64,000 bases of DNA from an uncultured delta proteobacterium (GTDB lineage: Bacteria; Desulfobacterota; Desulfobacteria; Desulfobacterales; B30-G6), in contig CAWJIL010000017.1 of the NCBI GenBank assembly GCA_963842925.1, forward strand, positions 5,423 to 69,422, read 5' to 3'. The first letter of the stretch is position 1; each line of letters opens with the position of its first letter. Below, in pieces: positions 29,249 through 38,536 of this stretch. Below the pieces are notes generated by a model, which was given only the letters and a program-made list of their open reading frames with translations, did no database searches and was not told the origin of the DNA. The position numbers and the translations under genes are program-made.

Positions 29249-30730
29249 TCAGTGTATACCGTATTGTTTTAGTTTTCGCCAAAGTGTGCTTCTGGCCCAG
29301 CCCAAAGAAACCGCAGTTTTATTTTTACGGCCGCCTGCTCTAACCAATGCGTCCAAAATCATTCGCTTTTCCCTGTCGGCCCAATCCTGGGGGGGGTCTG
29401 GATCAGTGAAGTTCTTGTCTTTAGCTTTAAAGGTAAGACGGGATGGAGGATCTTGCGCAGCGACAGTCACATCGAATGAATCTGCTTCAACCAAGTAGGA
29501 GGGTAGATGCTTGGGTTTAATTTGACGCTCTACACAAATATTTATGGCATATTCGACAATATTTCTCAGTTCTCTAACATTTCCAGGATAATTGTAGGCC
29601 AGTAAAATTTTTAATGCTTTGCGTGACAGGTTAAGCTTCTTTTTGCCCATCTGCGTTGAAAGGGTGTTTAAAAAATGATCCAGCAATAGCTGGATATCAC
29701 CCTGCCGCTTACGCAATGGGGGGAGGTGAAGCCGGATCACGTTAAGCCTGAATAAAAGATCCTTTCGAAATCGGTTGCCATTGACCCTCTGTTCGAGATT
29801 GCGGTGGGTGGCAGCAATAATACGTACATCTGCGGTAAATCCTTTGATGCCACCAAGAGGGAAGATCTCTTTATCATCCAAGAAAGTAAGCAGCTTTATC
29901 TGAAGCGAAAGCGGAAGATCACCGATTTCGGTCAGATAAAGCGTACCGTTGTGCGCCAGTTGAATCCTCCCAGGCTTGTTCTCTACAGCGCCGGTAAAAG
30001 CACCTTTACGGTGCCCGAACAATTCAGACTCTAAAAGCGTTTCCGGTAAAGCGCCACAATTAATTTTAACAAAAGGACCCTTGGCCCGGTTTGACGCGTG
30101 ATGAATTGTTTCGGCAACCATGTCCTTGCCCGTACCTGTTTCTCCGGTGATCAGGACCGATGAGTCACTCTGTGCCAGGGATGGAAGAATCTGGAAGATT
30201 TTTTCCATTTCTGGACTTCTGCCGATAATGTTGTTGAAATTGTATGCATGGTTTGCTGTTTCATCGATTTTCCGAAGAAGGTGGATGTTCTCAACAGTTT
30301 CCAAAATTCCAACTATTTTGCCGTTAATGTTTCTTAAAGGCGCTGAGGTGATACGAATAGGAATTAATTGACGGTCTTTGTTGATAAGGTTGCCCTCATT
30401 GCATTTCGGGCCGGATTTTTCATTGATATGCAATGCTGGACAGTCGTGAAGACAAACATTGCTGCGTAGGATATGGGAGCAGGCTATACCAAAAAAAGCT
30501 TTCTGGCTGAATCCGGTAAGGGCTTTCAAGGCTTGATTCATAACAACGATCTTGCGATCCAAGCTCAGTATCACAACCCCGATGGCAATTTCATCGAGTA
30601 ATTCGGTGAAGCCGATCGGAATATTGAAAAGGTTGTTGATGTGAGGTGGCATTGCGGCGCCGCAACCGGGAATAACCTGGATAGCGTTTCCGGTATTCGC
30701 TTTTATTTTCTCACTGGCACCTTTTTTCAT
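29249..30730 (-). CDS. Sigma-54-dependent transcriptional activator, PAS-AAA+-HTH
   Basis: A PAS-like N-terminal domain with a Cys cluster (CSHILRSNVCLHDC). GETGTGKD, ESELFGHRKGAFTGA, GNVRELRN and a C-terminal HTH. Walker B reads LYLTEI (Thr at the usual Asp). Confidence 0.9.
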   Translation of the reverse strand: MKKGASEKIKANTGNAIQVIPGCGAAMPPHINNLFNIPIGFTELLDEIAIGVVILSLDRKIVVMNQALKALTGFSQKAFFGIACSHILRSNVCLHDCPALHINEKSGPKCNEGNLINKDRQLIPIRITSAPLRNINGKIVGILETVENIHLLRKIDETANHAYNFNNIIGRSPEMEKIFQILPSLAQSDSSVLITGETGTGKDMVAETIHHASNRAKGPFVKINCGALPETLLESELFGHRKGAFTGAVENKPGRIQLAHNGTLYLTEIGDLPLSLQIKLLTFLDDKEIFPLGGIKGFTADVRIIAATHRNLEQRVNGNRFRKDLLFRLNVIRLHLPPLRKRQGDIQLLLDHFLNTLSTQMGKKKLNLSRKALKILLAYNYPGNVRELRNIVEYAINICVERQIKPKHLPSYLVEADSFDVTVAAQDPPSRLTFKAKDKNFTDPDPPQDWADREKRMILDALVRAGGRKNKTAVSLGWARSTLWRKLKQYGIH

Positions 30731-31470
30731 TCGCAACCCATAAAATATGCATACTCTTTTGAAAACTTGACCCAGTGCAATCGCAGCTATCGGGCGGAGA
30801 CTAACGAAAAGATTCCCACCCGATTCGGAAGGAAGAAAAAGTGTCTTTCATAGGACACAAAGATACTATTTGTATCAATACCACCAAATTTGCCAGGGAA
30901 CAACCGAAAGTAATAATAGCATAATTAGTGACCACAAACCAAGTCTTCAATCTTTTGTTTGCGCAACGAATGTGAAGTCTTCTTTATGGAGCTACGAAAT
31001 TGTAGTTTTTCATTTTTTATCCCGGATTTTCATCAGGGTAATCGTATGTTCATTATAGAAGATTACAAATTGGAATGGCAACCGGGCGGTTGATAATGGG
31101 TATTAAGACTTCATCAAATTCAGGAATTATTAGATATTTAAAGTTTTATGATTATATCAATAAATAAAATTACTTATCACCGCTCTCCTCACTTACCGAA
31201 AAAAGCTGAACCATTAGGCTGAGATTCCCAGATGAAATCAAAGATAGAAATTAATGGTTGCCGTATTACGTGTTTTGTAATCTTTTCCGAAAAAATCCTG
31301 TATACAAAAAATATACAAATCTCTGCTGACCTTAAATGTAACTATCTGACTTTATTCACCGCATTCTCCGTATTCTCGAAATGGCTCTCAAACAGTCAGC
31401 AAGGAATTTACACGCCATTTCAATAGGTTAGAATTGTTTCTTGAGCCCTCAATGCCTTAAATGGGGTTCA

Positions 31471-31506
<36 letters not shown>

Positions 31507-31825
31507 TAAATTACAAAAGAAAAGGCACTTGCCTAGGATGCGATCCTGACGTCGTTTTCGAAAGCCCGGATCCCCCAAAAAAGTTCAGTGGCATCCCAGG
31601 GGGCACGGCAAGGCAGGATCGCCCATCTTGAAAAATTGCATGGCCTGGTGGGAACGGATTGTGAGGGAGCGTCACACACCGGTAAAACACACGCTTTTTA
31701 TCGGGGAGATTGTTGACGGTGGGACCCGGCTTTCCGGCACACCGCTCTGTACGCTGGATTATGAAGGGATGCATGTCAGCAAGGGCTAGAACCCCAGCTT
31801 GCATAGGCACCAGGGCCAAACGATT

Positions 31826-32281
31826 TCATGAAATACCCTTTTCCTGTTTAAGAAAAATGCCGATTTTTGATCCGAGCATGCACAAAGCAAAGCCGAGCAA
31901 TATCGTCACCCAGTAGGCGCCTGAGTGTATCTGGGATAAAAAAACCAGGGCGCTGGCAATGGCCGCCAAAGCCGCATTGATGTGACTGCCGGACATGGTC
32001 CCGGCGGCATATCCACTGACAAGAAATGCTACCATTAGGATGGCGACAGAAAAAGCCTTTTGCGTGGGTTGGGCCATGAATTCAAAGTAAAGGGATTCGG
32101 CTTTATTTTCACGCTCTGATCCGGTGAGCCCCTGTGGCATATTCGCGGCTACGTAGGCTTTCACCTGTTTCTTCAATAAAAAATTGGTTCTTATGTAACT
32201 AGCCCCGATTGAAGCGATTATAAAAACCATGAAACTGATCAGTATCGCGGAGATCTTGATTTTTTTCAGCCATGCATTCAT
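31826..32281 (-). CDS. Hypothetical membrane protein (151 aa)
   Basis: Four predicted TM segments. No family recognised. Confidence 0.6.
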   Translation of the reverse strand: MNAWLKKIKISAILISFMVFIIASIGASYIRTNFLLKKQVKAYVAANMPQGLTGSERENKAESLYFEFMAQPTQKAFSVAILMVAFLVSGYAAGTMSGSHINAALAAIASALVFLSQIHSGAYWVTILLGFALCMLGSKIGIFLKQEKGIS

Positions 32282-32547
32282 TGGGTATTTCCCTCTATCA
32301 GCAGCAATTTTAAGGTAACGGGTGCTTATCCAGAAGTTTATAATTCTATAAAGATAATTGAATTATTATCAAATTTCTTAAAAAATACAAATAGTGCCTT
32401 ATAGCACAGGAGAATACACATGAAAAGCGATCGCGAGGAATTATGGTCATCCATTTCCGATCTCTTTTTAGATTTGACCTTATAATCTATTCAAGATAGG
32501 AAGTTATACGAAGGCTCTCTTGATAGCACTATAAGCAAAGGAAAAGG

Positions 32548-33282
32548 ATGGGTGTTATGACCAATCGATATGGCCCACGTGGGGTTTTCGCCATTGTCGC
32601 GCCACTACAGAATGCCAATATGCAGCCGGAATTCGAGCTATTGAGACCCGACGGTATCAGTAATCAAATATACCGGTTTGATATTTCGAACCATGCTAGT
32701 GCGCCTGAAGCGGTGGTCTCGGCAATACCTGGAACGTTGGGCTGCTGGCCGGATTTGATCCTGTGCGGTAACTCTGTGGAAATGGCCGACTGGACCGTCA
32801 AAAAGCAATTGATGTATCGCACCCGGCTCGAAGAGAAAGCCAATGGTATTCCGATACTGACGGCAACGGATGCGTGCCAGGCAGCCCTTCAGACCTTGGG
32901 TGCACGACGTCTCGCTATCCTTTCGCCGATGGGTGAAAAACAGGCGCACGGTGCACAGGAATATTATAAGTCGCTTGGTTACGACGTGCCCCATGTGACC
33001 TGGCTCGACATAAAAAAATCGGAAGATATCATCAAGACAACCGATGCGCAGATACTGGATGCCTTTCGCCGACTCGATCATGATGACGTGGATACGTTTT
33101 TGCATCTTGGCGGTGCCTTACCACTGGTCAGCCTGATTTCAGCTCTGGAAAATTCTTTAGGACGTTCTGTCATATCGACCAATGCCGCAAGTTATTGGTA
33201 CGCGCTACGACACCACGGCATAAAGGATCGACTCGATGGGTATGGTCGTTTATTATTACAAACGGATATTGTTGATTATTAG
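32548..33282 (+). CDS. Asp/Glu/hydantoin-racemase superfamily protein (maleate isomerase / arylmalonate decarboxylase-like)
   Basis: 244 aa, with the two-lobed pattern ...LILCGNSVEM... and ...LAILSPMGEK...HLGGALP.... Confidence 0.65.
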   Translation: MGVMTNRYGPRGVFAIVAPLQNANMQPEFELLRPDGISNQIYRFDISNHASAPEAVVSAIPGTLGCWPDLILCGNSVEMADWTVKKQLMYRTRLEEKANGIPILTATDACQAALQTLGARRLAILSPMGEKQAHGAQEYYKSLGYDVPHVTWLDIKKSEDIIKTTDAQILDAFRRLDHDDVDTFLHLGGALPLVSLISALENSLGRSVISTNAASYWYALRHHGIKDRLDGYGRLLLQTDIVDY

Positions 33283-33345
33283 AAATTATATTGATGTTTT
33301 TCTAGTTGATCTCTGCATATCAGCGATAGCGACTCGTTATACCGC

Positions 33346-33798
33346 TTATTTTGTTGCTGCTGCTTTGGTTATGCCGGACAAAGCCTTTTTGATCTTCGAT
33401 ATGACTTCTTCACAACCGGAAATGTTGTGCCTTTTTTCTAAATAGCCTGGGTCGTTATACGATATCCATACCTTAGATTCATGATCTTCCCAGACAAGTG
33501 CTTTTTGCGGTAAGTCAATAGCAACACTTTGCTGACATTTCATGAGAGGACTTCCTACTTTTGGATTACCGAAAATTATTAGTTCTGTCTCTCTCAGCTC
33601 AATACCGACCTTGCCTGCACTTTCGGAATGCTTAATTCGTTTAAATATAGTCATTCCCTTTTCATTCAATATACTCTCCAGTCGATCTGCAGTTTTTTGT
33701 ACATTAAAGGCACTCTGGACATTGATCACACCGTCTGCAGCCATTGCTGGTATAACCATTATCATTGCGATCAACGTGGCCATCAATAATTTTTTCAT
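33346..33798 (-). CDS. DUF302-domain periplasmic protein
   Basis: A signal peptide, then TELIIFGNPKVGSPLMKCQQSVAIDLPQKALVWEDHESKVWISYNDP. Confidence 0.8.
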   Translation of the reverse strand: MKKLLMATLIAMIMVIPAMAADGVINVQSAFNVQKTADRLESILNEKGMTIFKRIKHSESAGKVGIELRETELIIFGNPKVGSPLMKCQQSVAIDLPQKALVWEDHESKVWISYNDPGYLEKRHNISGCEEVISKIKKALSGITKAAATK

Positions 33799-34089
33799 TT
33801 TTTTCTCCTTTGGTCGATCTAAATTTCAATGCGGATTGCTTTGATTAAAAATAAAAGTGCCACCAAGCAGTTTCTTTTCAGGTGTTGATTCAAGATCTCC
33901 AAGTTTTTTTTATTTCTTTGGAAACGCTTTTAGTCTGTCCCACGCTATAAAATGAAATAAGAATTAGGGCAACGACAATTGCACATAACACTTCTATAAC
34001 AATATCGGTAGTGTTTGAACCCTATCCATATGTTTTTACAGGAAGCGAGATGTAATGAAATTTCTTCAAATTTGAGCAGATCCTTTGAT

Positions 34090-34221
34090 CTAATCCAATA
34101 TTTTTCGGATCTTTTGAGATAATTCAGAAAGGCTGAACGATTTTTGAATAAACCCATTACAGCCTTTTTGCATGATTTTTGTAGCATGACCGTTGATGGA
34201 ATAGCCACTGGAACGCATCAT
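34090..34221 (-). pseudogene. Relic of the C-terminal end of a receiver domain
   Basis: GYSINGHATKIMQKGCNGFIQKSFSLSELSQKIRKILD matches alpha4-beta5-alpha5 of a response regulator. There is no N-terminal part, and the frame runs into the neighbouring gene. Confidence 0.55.
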
Positions 34222-34237
34222 TTGATGATAGATCTTC

Positions 34238-34966
34238 CTATTTGAGCTTTTCTTTCGATTTTGCTTGCTCGGCACGGCGGATTTCTCCTGCCTTTTTATA
34301 CGTTTCTCGCTGCTCCTCTGAGACATGCATGAAAACCTTGCGCCATGTCTCATCTTCAGACCAAATAAAAGGTGTTTGTACGGTGGTTCGCGGTTGCCAT
34401 GCAAATTGCAGCAGGTCAAGGGCCATATCAATTATTGAACGCTGCATCTCTTTATCCCCAGGCTTGCCACAGGGGTTTCCCAGCGGAAAGTCCGTAAAAA
34501 GGAAACGAGGCACTCCGCACGCCTCAACGATATCCCGGGCAGATCCAACAACAATAGTGGGAATTTTATTTTCTTCGAGATGTCGGGCTACCAGACTCAC
34601 GGTCTGGTGACAAACAGGTCAGAGGGCGGGAAGAATTAAGGCATCGACACCATCCTCTCTGCAGAATTTTAGAACCCGAGGGGCAGATTTCTTGGACGTC
34701 TTACCTTGACTGTAATCGGTCATGACTCCGTAAAATCTTGGCGATGCTGACAAAATTTTACCGTTTGCAGCACATTCAGCCAGGCGGTTCAGTGGCAAAA
34801 AGCTATCGTTATCATTGGTGTGGGTCGACTCCTGATCCCATTGTAAATCCTGGGTATAGAGGTGTTCAGGAACATCATCTACAGGCTGGGCATATACTTT
34901 TCTCGATAAGTGTCTTTCTTGTACATTTTCTCCTGGCAGCTTTTTAAGATCTGCCGTCGTCAACAA
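34238..34966 (-). CDS. GrdB/PrdB-family (glycine/sarcosine/betaine/proline reductase B-like) selenoprotein with in-frame TGA (Sec) at 34619-34621; 5' end unresolved
   Basis: Two track ORFs (34619-34966 and 34238-34600) are in the same frame and are separated only by TGA, giving ...EDGVDALILPAL-U-PVCHQTVSLVARHLEENKIPTIVVGSARDI... with a UxxC motif. The only candidate start is the TTG at 34966. Confidence 0.7.
34590..34608 (-). promoter_or_regulatory. SECIS-like hairpin downstream of the UGA
   Basis: The minus-strand RNA reads UGA, a 10 nt spacer, then ACCAGAC-CGUGA-GUCUGGU (7 bp stem, 5 nt loop). Confidence 0.55.
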
Positions 34967-35212
34967 AGCAACCCTGCATTCGGATAGAGGCTTATCAAGT
35001 TTGGTGAAGGGGACATCTTGATGAAAAGCCCATGCATAAGGTTTAGAATACCCGTGGGCCTTACTTTACAACAGGAATTTACCGAGATACCATTCCGGGA
35101 ACCCATATCCTATATTTTGACGCTTTTCACAGGGATAGCGATGCCGCTGAAATTGATTTCGGGAAATAACTCTCTCGAACTCAAAATAAAACGGAAGGCT
35201 TTTTTCCCCACA

Positions 35213-36040
35213 CTACATAGCAGCACCGCAGTATTTGCAGAATTGAGCATCCTTGTCATGCCCCTGGGCGCTGCAGGACGGACAGGCCTGATTGACAGCC
35301 TTATGCTCCATGGCATGGGAGATCTCCACCGACACGATACCGGTGGGAACTGCGATCAGCCCGTACCCCATGATCATGATCATCGACGCTAGGACCTGAC
35401 CCAGACCAGTCTGGGGAGAAATATCGCCGTATCCAACAGTGGTTAGGGTCACAACGGCCCAGTAAATACCCCTGGGAATACTGGTGAAGCCGTTGGATTC
35501 ACCTTCCACGAGATACATCAGAGAACCGAAAACAATCACCAGGGAGAGTACTGTAAACAGGAAAACAGTTATTTTTCGGCGGCTTGCCCGCAAAGCTCGC
35601 ATGAGCATCTGAGCCTCGGCGAGGTACTGGACAAGTTTTAGTATGCGAAAAACCCTCAGTATCCGAAGGACCCGTATCACGATCAGGTAATGGCTTCCGG
35701 GAAACAACAGACTCAGGTAGGTGGGAACAACGGACAATAGATCCACAATACCGAAAAAACTGATTGCGTATGCGATGGGCCGGCCGATGCACAACAGCCG
35801 CAGCAGATACTCCACCGTGAACAAAAGGGTAAACGCCCATTCCAGGCGCCGCAGCAGTCGGCCATGCGCGGCCTGGAAAGCACTGACGCTGTCCAGCATC
35901 ACCACGGTGACGCTCAGGAGAATCGAGACGATCAGTAAAATGTCGAACCATTTTCCGGCCGGTGTATCAGCCTCAAAAATGACTTCATATATAGCTTTCC
36001 GCCAGACCTGGATCGGGGGCTTATGCTGAGTTTTTTTCAT
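35213..36040 (-). CDS. Voltage-gated-type (6TM) potassium channel with a C-terminal zinc ribbon
   Basis: An S4-like RVLRILRVFRILKL, the selectivity filter TTVGYGD, and a C-terminal CPSC...CKYC. Confidence 0.9.
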   Translation of the reverse strand: MKKTQHKPPIQVWRKAIYEVIFEADTPAGKWFDILLIVSILLSVTVVMLDSVSAFQAAHGRLLRRLEWAFTLLFTVEYLLRLLCIGRPIAYAISFFGIVDLLSVVPTYLSLLFPGSHYLIVIRVLRILRVFRILKLVQYLAEAQMLMRALRASRRKITVFLFTVLSLVIVFGSLMYLVEGESNGFTSIPRGIYWAVVTLTTVGYGDISPQTGLGQVLASMIMIMGYGLIAVPTGIVSVEISHAMEHKAVNQACPSCSAQGHDKDAQFCKYCGAAM

Positions 36041-36225
36041 GGGTAGACCACCGCCGGTTCTTTCCTGTTTCTAAAACGAGTATGTCAAAATGATACTTTT
36101 GCGTCAACACGTTATTGATTGCAGCTATCCCTACTCCTTGAATAGTGAACCCTCAATTTGCTATAGGTATCACAATCAGTTACACTATTCCTCGGTATTT
36201 AAATTTAAAACAGGAATCAGCACAC

Positions 36226-36792
36226 ATGCCCATCTCATTTTCCTCTAAAAGCCACGGCAGGATTCCGATAGGATTTTTTAACATTGAAACCGACATGCTG
36301 CTCATGGACCGCTACTTTTTCTTTTCCACTGATTTTTGTGAGTGGATCATCGAATGGGCTGATACTGGAGCGTTCGGTCGTGACAATAAAATGATTTATG
36401 CTATTCAACAAAAGGAAATGATCGGGAATTTGTCTGGTGCCATATACGGATACGAATTCACGGGCTTCATCGGGGAAGTCTACAAACTTTTTCCTTTTCC
36501 GGAACGTCGCCCAGATTTCAAGCAAAAACCCTACGGGACGCAAAACAGACAAATAGTCGAGAGGATAATACAATCTTTTTCTGTACAATTGAAGATACCG
36601 ATCGTCTTTCATCAGGAGAGCCAAACCATACACTTCGGTGGATATACATTCAGCGCAGATGTGTTACAGGAAATTATAGGATATATCGAAGTGGGCGGAA
36701 TGCCCGGCTGGCTGAATGGACGACCACCTGATTACGTCAATAGGATGATGACTCAGCTTGAAATCACTAACAAGCAGCATTTCAGGAAATAA
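36226..36792 (+). CDS. Hypothetical protein (188 aa)
   Basis: ORF from the internal ATG. No family recognised. Confidence 0.55.
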   Translation: MPISFSSKSHGRIPIGFFNIETDMLLMDRYFFFSTDFCEWIIEWADTGAFGRDNKMIYAIQQKEMIGNLSGAIYGYEFTGFIGEVYKLFPFPERRPDFKQKPYGTQNRQIVERIIQSFSVQLKIPIVFHQESQTIHFGGYTFSADVLQEIIGYIEVGGMPGWLNGRPPDYVNRMMTQLEITNKQHFRK

Positions 36793-36865
36793 GGTTCAAG
36801 TTCTGAAGCTTTTCCTTCTTCATATAATTTTTAAACATTTAGCTGGTGATCCACTTCATCTCACT

Positions 36866-36897
36866 CGAATCCTGGATCCCTGGAATCCTGGAATCCT
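36866..36897. repeat. Short-period GAATCCT/GGATCCC tandem repeat
   Basis: CGAATCCTGGATCCCTGGAATCCTGGAATCCT. It has the same flavour as 56802-56828. Confidence 0.6.
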
Positions 36898-37019
36898 AAA
36901 TATGGACCCATTGGATTCATTGAAACACTCAGATGTTCACCCTTGGCGACACAAAGCTCCCGTTCCCCATCCAAAGCAATCACAGACAGGGTATTTTGAA
37001 CCGCAACAGTGAGCGCATT

Positions 37020-37105
37020 CCCCGTAGCTTGCTGCGGGGTTAGCGAGCGAATCAAACTGAGGCAGAATTCCTTACGGTCGAAGATTCCCTGCAGCTTGCT
37101 GCAGG
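37020..37105 (-). repeat. Two copies of the dispersed hairpin repeat
   Basis: The minus strand reads CCTGCAGCAAGCTGCAGG-GAATCTTCGACC and CCCCGCAGCAAGCTACGGGG-AATGCGC. Confidence 0.55.
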
Positions 37106-37150
37106 TTACGCTTCAATCGGAATGGACTCCCCTGCCCCGAATGCACAATT

Positions 37151-37936
37151 TCAGGTCTGTTTTCGGCCTCTTTCCATGATGCCCTTCGTGCGCTGAGCAA
37201 TTGCTCCCGCCTGTACCGTTTGGAAGTGTTCATAATTCGTCTTTCTTTCAAGCTCGAGGCCTTCATCCAATGTCATGTGAAAGCCGTCATCTATCAGCTT
37301 TTTATATTTTCGGATCATGTCCTGCGGACAAGATATAATATCCCTGGCAAGACTCCGGCAGTTAGCCAGCAGTTTGTCTGGTGCTACCACACGATTAACC
37401 AAGCCCCACGATAGGGCCTGCTGAGCATCAATGAAATTCCCGGTGAGAGAAACTTCTTTGGCCCGGTATATCCCAAGCAGTCGTGACAATTTCTGACTCA
37501 ATTCTGATCCCGGAATAATACCCACCCTGGCATGGGTGTCTGCAAAGCGTGCCTCTGTGGACGCAATTAGAATGTCACATCCTAGCGCGAGTTCAAATCC
37601 CCCCGTGATGGCGGGTCCATTAATTGCGCCAATCACTGGCTGCCCGAATTCCTTTAAGGGCGTTGTCAGGTTTATTCTTGCTTTCCTTTCTTCGGATAGA
37701 TCGGCTATCATTCCATTGCCTTGGGCAAGCTCTTTCAAATCCAGGCCGGCACAAAATGCACGCCCGGCTCCGGTTAAAATGGCGACCCGTATGGACGGAT
37801 CATTTTTTAAGTCAGAAAATGCATCTACAATCGCATTTCTTAATTCAGTTGAAAGGGCATTCATGGACTCCGGGCGATTCAAGGTAATGAAAGCAATTTG
37901 CTCTTTTTTTTCCACGATTAATACAGGTTTAGACAT
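37151..37936 (-). CDS. Enoyl-CoA hydratase/isomerase (crotonase) family protein
   Basis: ITLNRPESMNAL, ILTGAGRAFCAGLDLKE and INGPAITGGFELALGCDI. Confidence 0.92.
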   Translation of the reverse strand: MSKPVLIVEKKEQIAFITLNRPESMNALSTELRNAIVDAFSDLKNDPSIRVAILTGAGRAFCAGLDLKELAQGNGMIADLSEERKARINLTTPLKEFGQPVIGAINGPAITGGFELALGCDILIASTEARFADTHARVGIIPGSELSQKLSRLLGIYRAKEVSLTGNFIDAQQALSWGLVNRVVAPDKLLANCRSLARDIISCPQDMIRKYKKLIDDGFHMTLDEGLELERKTNYEHFQTVQAGAIAQRTKGIMERGRKQT

Positions 37937-38067
37937 AAATGATATTCTCCAATAAAATTGATAATAACGCTGTTGTCCATTCTGGATGATGGCAAAAGGG
38001 TGATGGGAATTCTGGATCCCATGAAGAAATTTTGGAGGCTTTGATTATAATTTTGACGGGAAAAAGA

Positions 38068-38286
38068 TTAGAATCTATTGTTTCGTGATCGATGAATAAA
38101 ACCGACAATCAAAGCAATAGAGCCGATAAATAGAAAATATATAGCTTCCTTTGGCATTGCTGACCCTCTGGCAATATTGCTCACGATAGAATCTGCTGGT
38201 ATGGATACATACTTAGCAGCAACAGAAGATACCAATATTAAAGCAAAAACAACAGACCAGAATATAATGCTTGAAAACTCTTTCAT
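38068..38286 (-). CDS. Small exported protein with a C-terminal TM segment and basic tail (72 aa)
   Basis: A signal-like N-terminus and a C-terminal PKEAIYFLFIGSIALIVGFIHRSRNNRF. GGAAGG lies 5 nt upstream of the internal ATG. Confidence 0.5.
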   Translation of the reverse strand: MKEFSSIIFWSVVFALILVSSVAAKYVSIPADSIVSNIARGSAMPKEAIYFLFIGSIALIVGFIHRSRNNRF

Positions 38287-38426
38287 GAGAACCTTCCGGA
38301 TGAACATTATCTTTCATCAACAATGTAGACAGACAGGGTTTGAAATATACAGACCAGCAAGTTTTATTCTCTAATGCACCATATATCATATATAATACAA
38401 TAAATCAAGTGGTTATAGATGAGGTA

Positions 38427-38464
38427 TAAAAAATGCCGATTTCTGAAGAAATCGGCATTTTTTC
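38427..38464 (-). terminator. Bidirectional rho-independent terminator
   Basis: A6-ATGCCGATTTC-TGAA-GAAATCGGCAT-T7. Confidence 0.85.
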
Positions 38465-38536
38465 ATTTTGGACAAGATGTGACCCTCAGGCGTTGGAAAA
38501 CAGTGTTCAGAATCCCACAGAGCCACTGTCAATTCT

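Noticed and set aside
31511-31819. 102 aa minus-strand ORF
   Set aside because: The translation is Pro/Gly-rich, with no RBS and no family resemblance. The region may be noncoding or a decayed remnant.
33870-33900. TGGCAC-TTTTA-TTTTT on the minus strand upstream of the DUF302 gene
   Set aside because: The -12 GC dinucleotide is missing.
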